Positions 47,824 to 56,880 of a DNA stretch of 64,000 nt are shown one piece after another (position 1 is the first letter of the stretch; the number at the start of each line of letters is the position of its first letter). Made by a program: the position numbers and the translations under genes. The stretch lies in IMG/VR virus record IMGVR_UViG_3300042806_000370; one strand, 5' to 3'. Source of the stretch: a virus. Below the pieces are notes generated by a model. The model saw only the letters and a program-made list of their open reading frames with translations. It did no database searches and had not been told where the DNA came from.

Positions 47824-48247
47824 GACTAAACTTGATCCATTCAATCGCTGAACGAATATTCCATTGTCTATTTGCAACTATCTTTACTACGCCATCCAAG
47901 TAGCTGACTAGTTCTTTCTTTTCCGTGATTTGACGCTCCAGTTTGATAACATCATCATCTGCGTCAATGAACTTATCAACATCAGTCTTTAGTATATTTA
48001 GGTCAAATGGCTCCCACTTAAACTGGTCTAATTCCTCTTTAGACAGCTTTCCTGTGTAGTAGAGCCACTTGTACTTCTTCATGACGCGAAGGGTTCTCTC
48101 GTCTTCCGCAAGGGCTTCCTTGTGCTTCTTAAGGAACAGTAGATACTTGTTATGGATCTGTGGTGTGTTTACAGATTCAATGGCAAGTTCTGTGGAATCT
48201 ATCTTGAGATCTTCTTGTACTTGTTGTTTTAATTCATCAAAATTCAT
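47813..48247 (-). CDS. uvsY: Recombination mediator
   Basis: DLKIDSTEL..ES...P.IHNKYL; KWLYYTGK; RQWNIRSAIEWIKF. Confidence 0.9.
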   Translation of the reverse strand: MNFDELKQQVQEDLKIDSTELAIESVNTPQIHNKYLLFLKKHKEALAEDERTLRVMKKYKWLYYTGKLSKEELDQFKWEPFDLNILKTDVDKFIDADDDVIKLERQITEKKELVSYLDGVVKIVANRQWNIRSAIEWIKFSHGQ

Positions 48248-48253
48248 AATTTA

Positions 48254-48280
48254 AGTATACACAATAACAAATAAAGTCAA
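48254..48280 (-). promoter_or_regulatory. sigma70-type promoter, leaderless uvsY transcript
   Basis: TTGACT-N15-TATACT-N6-ATG (short spacer). Confidence 0.55.
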
Positions 48281-48789
48281 CGCAAATGAGTTTCGCTTGG
48301 TTGAGGAGTAAAGTCATAATATGTATAGGCAAATTTTACGGCTGCATATTGGGGAGAATATGATTGATCAGTTGATACAAATTTTAATCCACCCAAAAAA
48401 GTAGGAAAAACTTCATAAAAATTTACGATAATATTATCGTTATATGTTCCTTTTGTTATATACAATTTTGCTTGTGTTGTCCATTTATTAAATGGTAAAG
48501 AATTGTATGTACAATCATCATCAATATTTCCTAACTGACGCATCCAGGTATAAATTTCAAACCAATTAACCATATTTTCATCAACAATAAAAGACAATTC
48601 AAGATCTGCAAAATTATATTTTCCTATGGGTCTTTTGATTGGTATACCCAATGTAGTTGGTTGATCTGCTGGAGAATGACTTAAAGAAGGTAAATTTACT
48701 TCTTGGCAATTGTAAACCACTGTTGGTAGTCTAGCTATCTCAAAATGAAAATAATTTGATCCGAGATTTGATATTAAATTTCCTGCCAT
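48277..48789 (-). CDS. gp3: Tail tube terminator / tail completion protein
   Basis: FHFEIARLP.V.Y.CQEVNLP, LELSFIVDENMVNW.EIY.W, VKFAYTYY. Confidence 0.88.
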   Translation of the reverse strand: MAGNLISNLGSNYFHFEIARLPTVVYNCQEVNLPSLSHSPADQPTTLGIPIKRPIGKYNFADLELSFIVDENMVNWFEIYTWMRQLGNIDDDCTYNSLPFNKWTTQAKLYITKGTYNDNIIVNFYEVFPTFLGGLKFVSTDQSYSPQYAAVKFAYTYYDFTPQPSETHLR

Positions 48790-48800
48790 AAACTATGTAG

Positions 48801-48831
48801 AAAAGAAAACGGGAGCCATTTCTGGCTCCCG
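48801..48831 (-). terminator. Rho-independent terminator after gp23
   Basis: CGGGAGCCA-GAAA-TGGCTCCCG then TTTTCTTTT. Confidence 0.92.
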
Positions 48832-48860
48832 CTTCCGAAGTTTTAGATACTAACTAACTA

Positions 48861-50288
48861 TCAGTTAGTGTTACCGTGTAGATTTGTTACGCGGAAGATG
48901 CGGTAGTACTGGTTGAGATTTGCTGTTAGGCTTTCTCCGTCAGCAGTGCCGCTGTTGTTAGTTACGAATGGATTAGCAACCATGCCGTAACGAGTCTTGA
49001 AGCCGATCTTGGGCTGGAAGGTGTTGGGATCGACTGCACGAACCATCTGTAGTGGAACGTAGGGGCAGTAGAACAATCCAGCGTCATAGGGGCTTGATCC
49101 ACGGTAGCCCATGCAGACGAAATCAACGCCAGCCTGGACATAGGGATCGATGTAAACGCGCATCTTGCCGTTTAGAATACCAGCAAAGGTGTTGCCAGTA
49201 TCATCAACTTCAAGCTGAACATTTAGTGCTGGGCTGATGTTTAGCCAACCACCCATTGCGAGAGCTGAAGCAACATCTGATGAGCAGATGATGAAGTTGC
49301 CCTTACCGCGACGAGTTTCCTTGGCGATGACATTAGCTTCGCGTTCAATCTGGAACATGAGGCCACGGAAGCGTTCAGCTGACCAACGACCGTCTGAGTC
49401 GGTTAGGAGGTCATATACACCACCCTGGTTATTGGTAAAGTTATATCCGCTTAGATCGCGCTGCTTTGCACCGAGCTTAGAAACATGATAGATGCTACGA
49501 ACGACTTCGCGGTTGATTTCAGCAAGAATTTCAGTGCTGAGAATGTTGGCGAGTTCGGTTTCAGCGTCAAGTCCGTGAACAGCCTTGAGGTCCTGAGCGA
49601 GTTCAGTGGTGTAGTCGGCCTTTAGAGCGCGAGTCTTAGCCTGAACAGCAACCTTATCAATGGTGAATGCCATTTCCTGGAAAGGCTTGCCATTAGTTCC
49701 GCCGAGATTTTCGGCATCACCGACAAGTAGTCCCTTGAAATCGTCATTGAATAGAGCAGTTCCTCTAGTAGAACCAGTTTCACCAGCAAAAATGGTTAGA
49801 CCATAACCAATATTAGATGCTAAATTGGTGTCTGGATAATCGGTGAACTTAGTATTATTTCCGTTAGTACCACCTGAACCACCGAATGGTACGAATGGTT
49901 CCTGGAATAGAGCTTCCTTACGGCTACCATCAACGTCGTACTTGGGACGCATTGCGAAAATGAGTCCGGTTGGAGCGGTCATGGGTTGAACGCCGCAGAT
50001 GTCGTAGGCAATTAGGTTTGGCATTGCGCGACGAACAAGGCTGATTAGGATTGGGTCATAACCAGCGATGTTTGTTGCAGCGGGGGTAATTACACCGCCA
50101 CCGAGTGCTCCGCCTAGTGTATTGTCTTCAACTAGTCTTTGCTGACGAATAGCAGCCTCTTGGTTTTCAAGTAGAACTGCGGTAACTTTCTTCTTGTAAG
50201 TATCTTCGATAGATGGAAGAGCGTTGTGTTCAAGTACAGGCTCCCACTTTTCGGTTAAGATATCGTATGGTGTTGTTTCTTCGATCAT
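48861..50288 (-). CDS. gp23: Major capsid protein
   Basis: DPILISLVRRAMPNLIAYDICGVQPMTAPTGLIFAMR, RALKADYTTELAQDLKAVHGLDAE, FQPKIGFKTRYG. Confidence 0.98.
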   Translation of the reverse strand: MIEETTPYDILTEKWEPVLEHNALPSIEDTYKKKVTAVLLENQEAAIRQQRLVEDNTLGGALGGGVITPAATNIAGYDPILISLVRRAMPNLIAYDICGVQPMTAPTGLIFAMRPKYDVDGSRKEALFQEPFVPFGGSGGTNGNNTKFTDYPDTNLASNIGYGLTIFAGETGSTRGTALFNDDFKGLLVGDAENLGGTNGKPFQEMAFTIDKVAVQAKTRALKADYTTELAQDLKAVHGLDAETELANILSTEILAEINREVVRSIYHVSKLGAKQRDLSGYNFTNNQGGVYDLLTDSDGRWSAERFRGLMFQIEREANVIAKETRRGKGNFIICSSDVASALAMGGWLNISPALNVQLEVDDTGNTFAGILNGKMRVYIDPYVQAGVDFVCMGYRGSSPYDAGLFYCPYVPLQMVRAVDPNTFQPKIGFKTRYGMVANPFVTNNSGTADGESLTANLNQYYRIFRVTNLHGNTN

Positions 50289-50303
50289 TGTATCTCCTAA
50301 TTT

Positions 50304-50311
50304 TATTTATA
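50304..50311 (-). promoter_or_regulatory. Late promoter for gp23
   Basis: TATAAATA plus AGGAG. Confidence 0.88.
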
Positions 50312-50315
50312 AAAT

Positions 50316-51329
50316 TTATTTCTTTGTATGTCTACTCAAGGCTCTTGTATACTGATTCATAACGCCTTCGGTTATTACTTCGGGCTGTGTTGAAGTCTCC
50401 AGAATGTCTACAGAAGGTAGACTTCTTGCTGGTACAACTGGAGAAATTGCTGGCAGTCTGGGGGCAGGAACAACCTGAGATCTTAAGAAGCTTTCCTTAA
50501 TGATTCTTAGCTTGTCTCTGAACATTTCGGGTGATTCATATTCAATGCCTTCGCATAGGTTCTTTAGCTTCTCTACTTGAGTTGCTGCAAGACCACGGGT
50601 TTCTTCGGCAAAGATTGCCACTGATGCAGATTCCATAATTCTCTTACGGAGTGTAACATTGGCATTGATTACGTTGTTTAATTCTAGATTTTGATTATCG
50701 ATAGTTTCGTATAGTTCGTCTAGAACGTCGTATTTTTCATCTGGAACATCAATGAAGTTATTTTCAAATAGCTTCTTTAGACCAAAGATGAAGTTTTCAG
50801 CAAGCTCAACCTTTAGGCCGCGCTCAACCTGAAGTTTGTTTTCAGTTACCCACTCTTCAACGACATAAGTTAGATAATCATCAACCTTTTCGGTTAGCTG
50901 ATCTACCATGCCTTCTAGAGCATTGTTATATTCGTTTTCGTAGTGTTCTGCAATTTGTCTTGTTGCTTCTCCGACCTTTTCGTTTACAGCAGCAACAAAA
51001 ATTGTTTTTGCCTTTTCAATGAAATCTTCTGAAAGATTGGTATTTGCAAAAAGTGCAGCTAGATGTTCCTTTAGGGATTCTTCCGCTGACATTTCGTCTT
51101 CATCTTCCATTCCTTCTTCCATTTCAGGCTCTTCTACTTCAGAATATCCTCCAGATACAGGTGCTCCCATACCCATAGAATTTGAGCCGACTGATCGGCC
51201 TGGTCCTGAAATGCTGGCCCTATTTCTTTGATCTAATCCTTCGATAGGTGAGGGAAGTTCAAATCCCTTACCGGTAGTATCAAAACTACCTTTACCCATA
51301 AAATCTGCAACTGGTTGTTTGTTTTGCAT
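50316..51329 (-). CDS. gp22: Prohead core scaffold protein
   Basis: LSEDFIEKAKTIFVAAV, KVDDYLTYVVEEWVTENKL.VE.GLK.E.AE.F..GLK.LF. Confidence 0.92.
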   Translation of the reverse strand: MQNKQPVADFMGKGSFDTTGKGFELPSPIEGLDQRNRASISGPGRSVGSNSMGMGAPVSGGYSEVEEPEMEEGMEDEDEMSAEESLKEHLAALFANTNLSEDFIEKAKTIFVAAVNEKVGEATRQIAEHYENEYNNALEGMVDQLTEKVDDYLTYVVEEWVTENKLQVERGLKVELAENFIFGLKKLFENNFIDVPDEKYDVLDELYETIDNQNLELNNVINANVTLRKRIMESASVAIFAEETRGLAATQVEKLKNLCEGIEYESPEMFRDKLRIIKESFLRSQVVPAPRLPAISPVVPARSLPSVDILETSTQPEVITEGVMNQYTRALSRHTKK

Positions 51330-51345
51330 TTATAATCTCCGTTTT

Positions 51346-51353
51346 TATTTATA
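51346..51353 (-). promoter_or_regulatory. Late promoter for gp22
   Basis: TATAAATA plus GGAG. Confidence 0.85.
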
Positions 51354-51360
51354 ATTCCTA

Positions 51361-51933
51361 TTAACTAGTTCCTCTACGCTTAAATCTTTGGGGAAGTCCG
51401 GCCATTTCACCCGGATCTGTTGCTATTCTCTTTATTGTGCTTTGTATATAAGGAATACCTATTATTCCTCTTTCTGCTTCTTCTGAAGACTTTCCTATAT
51501 CGCTGAATGCACGACTTATGAAGCCGCCAGAATCAGAATCTGTTGCTGCTCCAACAGCCGCGCCTCCGGCTGCTCCGACTGCAAGCGGAACAAGATTTCC
51601 TGAAGCATCTTTTTTAAGTCCTAATATTTCAGATCCTCTTCCTTGTTTGCCAAGTGTTTTGAGTCTTTCTACCTCAAAATATTCCCTTGATCCTCTTGGA
51701 TGCGGGTTTGGAGCAGTTAAAATATCATCGATCAAATCTTCTGTTGTTTGCACGGTTGTTGCTCTTTGTTGAGCAGTTTTTTGAGCTTTTGCTTTTGCAC
51801 CTGGAGTCATGGACTTTAGTTTTTTTCCAGCCCACCCTAAAGCACCAGAAATAAGTCCACCCCTACTCTCATTTAAGACATGCTTTGAGGTATAGTAAAG
51901 AGATAATTCTTGTTCTCTTGAAAGGGGTTTCAT
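51361..51933 (-). CDS. Hypothetical protein inserted between gp21 and gp22
   Basis: ATGA-coupled to gp21; KHVLNE motif; GA-rich segment. Confidence 0.65.
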   Translation of the reverse strand: MKPLSREQELSLYYTSKHVLNESRGGLISGALGWAGKKLKSMTPGAKAKAQKTAQQRATTVQTTEDLIDDILTAPNPHPRGSREYFEVERLKTLGKQGRGSEILGLKKDASGNLVPLAVGAAGGAAVGAATDSDSGGFISRAFSDIGKSSEEAERGIIGIPYIQSTIKRIATDPGEMAGLPQRFKRRGTS

Positions 51934-52574
51934 TTTATTTTTTTTAAGAAGTCAGAAAACAATTTAATTGATTCTTCCTGAAGTTTTCTTTTTGGTGTTC
52001 TCTTAAGAGAATTGTGATATGCAGCAATCTGCTGTTCCTTAAGAATTCCATTGTCCCATATCCATTCTCTGCCTTCCATGATTCCGTTTACGAAAGCATT
52101 TGGAGCCGAAGGATCAGCAACAATATCAATAGCAGCAAGCATGAAGTCTTCTTTGACAACATTTACACTACCTTTTTTCTCTAACGAACCCATTCCACGG
52201 GTTGAAACACCAAGCTTAACGCCTTCGTTCATTAGATTTTTTACAATCTGTCCGCATGGAGTATCAAGAATTTTTGCCTTGCCATAGAAATCGTTATTAT
52301 TTTCATATAGCCAGGTAATCTTATGAGAAACACGATCTAGATTTACAGAAGGCCCCGTTGGGTGGTTCAGTTCACCGAGAGCACGGTTCTTGTTGACATA
52401 TTCTGTTACATAACGCTGTGCTTCTTTAGCAAGAATTTGCTTTGGATAAACTCTGCCATTCTTATTTTTTTGTTCAGCCTGCATGAAAACGCCTTCGATG
52501 AAATGTTGTTTTTCACCATTGGCATTTTCTGTCAGATATGCTACTTCTTCAATTGTTTCGGTGATTAGTTTCAT
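51930..52574 (-). CDS. gp21: Prohead protease
   Basis: MKLITE, NKNGRVYP, ALGELNHP, LGVSTRGMGSL, DIVADPSAPNAFV. Confidence 0.96.
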   Translation of the reverse strand: MKLITETIEEVAYLTENANGEKQHFIEGVFMQAEQKNKNGRVYPKQILAKEAQRYVTEYVNKNRALGELNHPTGPSVNLDRVSHKITWLYENNNDFYGKAKILDTPCGQIVKNLMNEGVKLGVSTRGMGSLEKKGSVNVVKEDFMLAAIDIVADPSAPNAFVNGIMEGREWIWDNGILKEQQIAAYHNSLKRTPKRKLQEESIKLFSDFLKKIK

Positions 52575-52578
52575 TTAA

Positions 52579-52920
52579 TCAGGACTTTCTGTTTTTCATT
52601 GCTTCGGTTGCTAAAGCAATCGCTTTCTTCCTAGGCATTCCTCTTTTCATAAAAAGGGCTACTAAGGCATCTAGCTTATCCATATCACCATCGCCATCTT
52701 GATCGGAATATTCGCCTTCTCCACCATCAGATTCGCCACCTCCGCTATCGCCTCCACCCTCGCCGCCACCATTTTCTTCACTGAAATAGGTCTTAGCAAT
52801 TTCTTTGTATTCTTCTGCTAGTCTTTGACCCAATTTCAATGCCAAATCTTCACAAATAGTTTTCTTTGCATCGATTGCATTTTCTTCTAATATTGATTTA
52901 ATAATTTTTCTTGCTTTCAT
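52579..52920 (-). CDS. Prohead core protein, gp67-like, with EF-hand-like loop
   Basis: Position between gp20 and gp21; IKSILEENAIDAKK...EIAKTYF; DQDGDGDMDKLD. Confidence 0.6.
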   Translation of the reverse strand: MKARKIIKSILEENAIDAKKTICEDLALKLGQRLAEEYKEIAKTYFSEENGGGEGGGDSGGGESDGGEGEYSDQDGDGDMDKLDALVALFMKRGMPRKKAIALATEAMKNRKS

Positions 52921-52935
52921 AGTAGTGTCCTTTTC

Positions 52936-52942
52936 TATTTAT
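52936..52942 (-). promoter_or_regulatory. Late promoter
   Basis: ATAAATA plus AAGGA. Confidence 0.7.
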
Positions 52943-52949
52943 TTTTTTA

Positions 52950-54521
52950 TTAAGTTGGTTCTGTGGTACTGTCTGGCTGTTCTGGAGTAGATTCCTGAGC
53001 CATTTGATATTCTAGTTCCATTTTTCTTAGTTCTTCTTCTCTCTTACGAGCCAGATCAACCGCCATTTCTTCCTCTAAAACCTTAATTTCCTCGTCTGTA
53101 AACTTTAAAATATTTCTTTTTATATAATTTGAAGAGAAATAAACGCCGACCATAGGCTCCATTTGGGTGGCAAGATCCATTCTTGCACTAAGTATTTCAG
53201 CATCCTTTAGGTCGTTAAAGTACGAATCCTTGTTAAAGGCAAAATTAATATTCGGGTAAAGTATATCCCAATCCTGTTCGGTTATTATTCCCTTTAGAAG
53301 CAGCTGAACTCGTAAAAGCTGTAAAAACAGTCCTGAGAACTTATAACGAATTTTTTCTATAAACTTATAGAATTTAACTTCATCTCTTGTTATATCTGCG
53401 GCTCTACCAAGATTAAATCCGTTTTCGCCTACTAATCTTGATGGTGGAATATTTAAAGCGTAGTAAAGCTTTTTCTTAAAATATTCTACGTCAGTCAATT
53501 CTCCTAGATTTTGTCCCCCGTCAAGAGTTGAGATTTCTGTACCCTTACCACCCTCTCTTCTTGGAAGCCAGAAATCTTCAAGCATTGCCATTTGATTTCT
53601 ATCATCTTTGATTTCTCCGGTGGTTTGGTTATAAACCATTCGGTTTCTGTACTTGTTCATCAATTCTCTGATGTATTGCTCTGCTTTTTGCTTTGGAAGA
53701 TTACCGACATCCACATAGAAAATTCTACGCTCTGGGGCGCGAGAAATGCGATATACGACGATGGCATCTTCGACCTGCCGTAGCATGTTCAATGGTCTGA
53801 TTGCCTTGTGAAGGAATCCTAGAACCCTCTTGGAGTTCATATCAACCATTCCAGAGTGAACGTAGCAGACAGAATCTGGGGAAATCTTAAGGCCAGAAGA
53901 AGTTGTAGAAATTACAGAATTCTTATCATTGTTTGTATAAGTGTAATATTCTTCAATATCTTTGATCAACATCGTAGATTCTAAACCTTGTTTAGTACCT
54001 GATGTCTTTACTCTTCTAACCTTTTTTACCTTAGTAGCATCCAAAGGAACCAATTGCTGAATTCCTTCTCCGGGATTTTCGCTATCGATTGTTATGTAAT
54101 AAAATAGTTTAGAATCGATGTACCATCTTCTAAAAATTTCATATCCCTTATCCTGAAAATCTAATAATTTTAAAATATTATTAAATTCTTCGTGAATTTT
54201 GCTCTTGATATTATCAGAATAGTCAATTTTTTGAAGATCTAATTTAATTGGCTTTCGATCATTGCCCATTACGATTGATTCGTTTGCTATTTCATCTATG
54301 GCTGTATCTACTTCTGGATACAATGCCATTGCTCTATATTGGGCAATAATTGCATTATCATCCTTTGCTGAACCCATGAAATCAACAAATGTTCCATAGA
54401 CTCCAGCCCCCTCAAGGGTGTAAGCACCATCAAATTCTTCAGGCGTAGTAAAATTTTGAAGATTTTTTGTTTCTTCTTTTTTTTCCTTACCTATTGTAAA
54501 TCCAAATAAATTCCAAGCCAT
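52950..54521 (-). CDS. gp20: Portal protein
   Basis: YPEVDTAIDEIANE, FRRWYID, IVVYRISRAPERRIFYVDVGNLPK, EDFWLPRREGGKGTEI. Confidence 0.97.
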   Translation of the reverse strand: MAWNLFGFTIGKEKKEETKNLQNFTTPEEFDGAYTLEGAGVYGTFVDFMGSAKDDNAIIAQYRAMALYPEVDTAIDEIANESIVMGNDRKPIKLDLQKIDYSDNIKSKIHEEFNNILKLLDFQDKGYEIFRRWYIDSKLFYYITIDSENPGEGIQQLVPLDATKVKKVRRVKTSGTKQGLESTMLIKDIEEYYTYTNNDKNSVISTTSSGLKISPDSVCYVHSGMVDMNSKRVLGFLHKAIRPLNMLRQVEDAIVVYRISRAPERRIFYVDVGNLPKQKAEQYIRELMNKYRNRMVYNQTTGEIKDDRNQMAMLEDFWLPRREGGKGTEISTLDGGQNLGELTDVEYFKKKLYYALNIPPSRLVGENGFNLGRAADITRDEVKFYKFIEKIRYKFSGLFLQLLRVQLLLKGIITEQDWDILYPNINFAFNKDSYFNDLKDAEILSARMDLATQMEPMVGVYFSSNYIKRNILKFTDEEIKVLEEEMAVDLARKREEELRKMELEYQMAQESTPEQPDSTTEPT

Positions 54522-54532
54522 TTAAATCTCCA

Positions 54533-55069
54533 TTATGTTAGCACATCAATATAATCAAAAACAAATGTTACGTTAAAGGTAACATATTCATCATTCGCAG
54601 TCATATCTAGGTCAATTTCGCCTACGCTAAACGGCCAGCATCCATAAAGAGTTACTGTTTTTAAAGGATTTGTGGAGCAATTTAAATCTAGTTGCTTTAT
54701 GGTCCATGCATCTCTTTTATAAGAAATTGGATTGTCCTGAGAACCAACATTAGTTTCGTGGTTGTTTATGCTATTGCTCCAATCGTGCAATTTGCTCCAC
54801 AGTAAACTATTGTTCTGATTGTTATCGTCAAGTACAGTAACTACCCAGGATGATTCGCCCTGCTTGCCGTAAATTCTATCTCCTGGAAGCTTTAATTTTC
54901 TTCCTCTGTGATTAAACTCGTTTGTGAGTAATGTTACTTGTGGTAAAGAAGCTCCAAGAACTTGAAACTTATTCCATTGTCCGTTTGGAAATGAACCCTC
55001 AACGAGAAAGCGATTTTTTCTCGTACCTCCGTAAAACTCGCTTTTGAAATTGTATATTGATTGTGCCAT
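54533..55069 (-). CDS. gp19: Tail tube protein, paralog 2
   Basis: GGTRKNRF, ASLP, RGRKLKLPGDR, W.VTVLDD, LYGCWP..VGEIDL, F.VTF.FDY. Confidence 0.88.
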   Translation of the reverse strand: MAQSIYNFKSEFYGGTRKNRFLVEGSFPNGQWNKFQVLGASLPQVTLLTNEFNHRGRKLKLPGDRIYGKQGESSWVVTVLDDNNQNNSLLWSKLHDWSNSINNHETNVGSQDNPISYKRDAWTIKQLDLNCSTNPLKTVTLYGCWPFSVGEIDLDMTANDEYVTFNVTFVFDYIDVLT

Positions 55070-55071
55070 TT

Positions 55072-55581
55072 TTATCCTGTGAAATAATCGTAGTTTATCT
55101 GAACACCAAATGCATTATAACCATTTTGTGTCATCGTAAAATCTATAGGATTTACTATAGCAGGCCAACACCCAACAAGAGTCATTGTCTTTAAAACATT
55201 ACCATTATGATCTAAATGTTTAACAGTCCAATTTCGCTTTGCATCAGCAAAACTATCCGTTATATTTGTACTTCTTAGGTTACTTACATGTTCGTTTATC
55301 AGCTTTTGCCATTCTTGAAAAGAATGCCATAGGGAAGTATTGGTATCGTCCAATACAGTTATATCCCAGGGTTCATAAGTTCTATCTCCAGCAAAATTAG
55401 CAAATCTTCCTCTGTGAGGGACAGATACAACCCCTAAATCAGAAGAAGGAAGAGAAGCAGAAATTATGTGATATGTTGTTATGTTATTGGTAACATTGGA
55501 AGGCCATGTACCAGTAACAACAAATCTATTTTTTCTAGTTCCGCCTTTGAAAGCTGAAATAAAATCTGTAATTGAAGCCAT
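55072..55581 (-). CDS. gp19: Tail tube protein, paralog 1
   Basis: GGTRKNRF, ASLP, RGRFANFAGDRTYEPWDITVLDD, GCWP, F.VQINYDYF. Confidence 0.9.
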   Translation of the reverse strand: MASITDFISAFKGGTRKNRFVVTGTWPSNVTNNITTYHIISASLPSSDLGVVSVPHRGRFANFAGDRTYEPWDITVLDDTNTSLWHSFQEWQKLINEHVSNLRSTNITDSFADAKRNWTVKHLDHNGNVLKTMTLVGCWPAIVNPIDFTMTQNGYNAFGVQINYDYFTG

Positions 55582-55584
55582 ATA

Positions 55585-56880
55585 TTATGTAGTAAAGGAC
55601 AACTCCACAAAATTTATGCTTTGTGATGGCTTAATAGAGACTTCTACATTTAATTTTCTATTGTTTATGTCATCTATTGTATTGTTAGAAGCATCACAAA
55701 CAACTCTATATTCTTCCAAGCCCTGATTTGCCTTTATTTGTTGAAGAACACTTTCAAACTTATTTTTAATATTTGCTCTTAAAAATTCATCGTTTATTTC
55801 AAATAAAGCATTACTCAATATTGCATATGATTCAAAATTTATATAATTTAATAGACTTGCATAGCTTATTGAGGTTTTTATTGGCAAATCGTCTGATGGC
55901 TCACCAGAAAAATCGCTGAAAAGATATATGCTCTTGTTGCCAGTATCGTCCGTTATCTTTAAAAAAGAATTTACTCTTTTTGTATAACTAGTAGAAATTT
56001 CAGTATTAGTCGAGGAAGTAAAACTAGAGGGAGTTTCTGGTATTACTAATTCGGGAATACCATTTACAGTAGAAAATGTTTGATTTAGCATTTTTCCACG
56101 GTCAAACCCCGCCGGAGTAAACCAAGGATATGATGATAAACTTCTTGATAAACAACCAACACCATCAGATAACATAGGTAAAATTACAAATGGAGCATTA
56201 GCAGGAAAAGTTGGATTAAACTCAGATTCATAAAATCTTTTTACTCTTTTTATTCCACCAACTGTAAATGTAATATAATTTAAAGAATTTCCTGTAATTG
56301 AAGTTCTTTTTTTCATATTATCAAAAGTAAAAGTGTGACTTATATTTCCTGTTTCTGTATAGGAGGTTTCATATATTGAGTTTGTACCTCCTCCTGGAGT
56401 AGTCGTTTCAGATAATGCATTAAAGCATATTGGTACTTTTTTTTCCTCAAAAAAAGTTTTTACTGGATCTGAAAATGTAGCAGTTAGTGGATCGAATACT
56501 ATAGCTTTTATATCGTATTTACTAAAAGCTTCAGCAAGATAAGTTTCTGGAGTAGTTGAACAATTTATCAAAACAATATTAAAATTATAATGAGCTAAAT
56601 CTAGCAAAAAATTATTATAAAAATCTAATTTTCTAGCAGTTTTATTTGTTGAACTAGTAGATGTCGTTAGTAAACTAACTAAAGTTTCAAAATTTGCTCC
56701 TGCTCCAAGCGCAGTATAATTTGCATTTTTAATTAAATCAGTTAACTCTGAAATACTAGAGATTTTATAAACTTTATCGGTTATTCGTAAAAATGTAAAT
56801 ATACTAGAATCATAGAGCATTACTGCAATGTCTATGTCTTTTTGCGTATCAACCGACTTTAGTTTAAATGATACTGCCAT
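55585..56880 (-). CDS. gp18: Tail sheath protein, divergent paralog 2
   Basis: PWFTPAGFDRG, LFEINDEFLR, YRVVCDASNNT, V.IKPSQSINFVEL.F. Confidence 0.8.
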   Translation of the reverse strand: MAVSFKLKSVDTQKDIDIAVMLYDSSIFTFLRITDKVYKISSISELTDLIKNANYTALGAGANFETLVSLLTTSTSSTNKTARKLDFYNNFLLDLAHYNFNIVLINCSTTPETYLAEAFSKYDIKAIVFDPLTATFSDPVKTFFEEKKVPICFNALSETTTPGGGTNSIYETSYTETGNISHTFTFDNMKKRTSITGNSLNYITFTVGGIKRVKRFYESEFNPTFPANAPFVILPMLSDGVGCLSRSLSSYPWFTPAGFDRGKMLNQTFSTVNGIPELVIPETPSSFTSSTNTEISTSYTKRVNSFLKITDDTGNKSIYLFSDFSGEPSDDLPIKTSISYASLLNYINFESYAILSNALFEINDEFLRANIKNKFESVLQQIKANQGLEEYRVVCDASNNTIDDINNRKLNVEVSIKPSQSINFVELSFTT

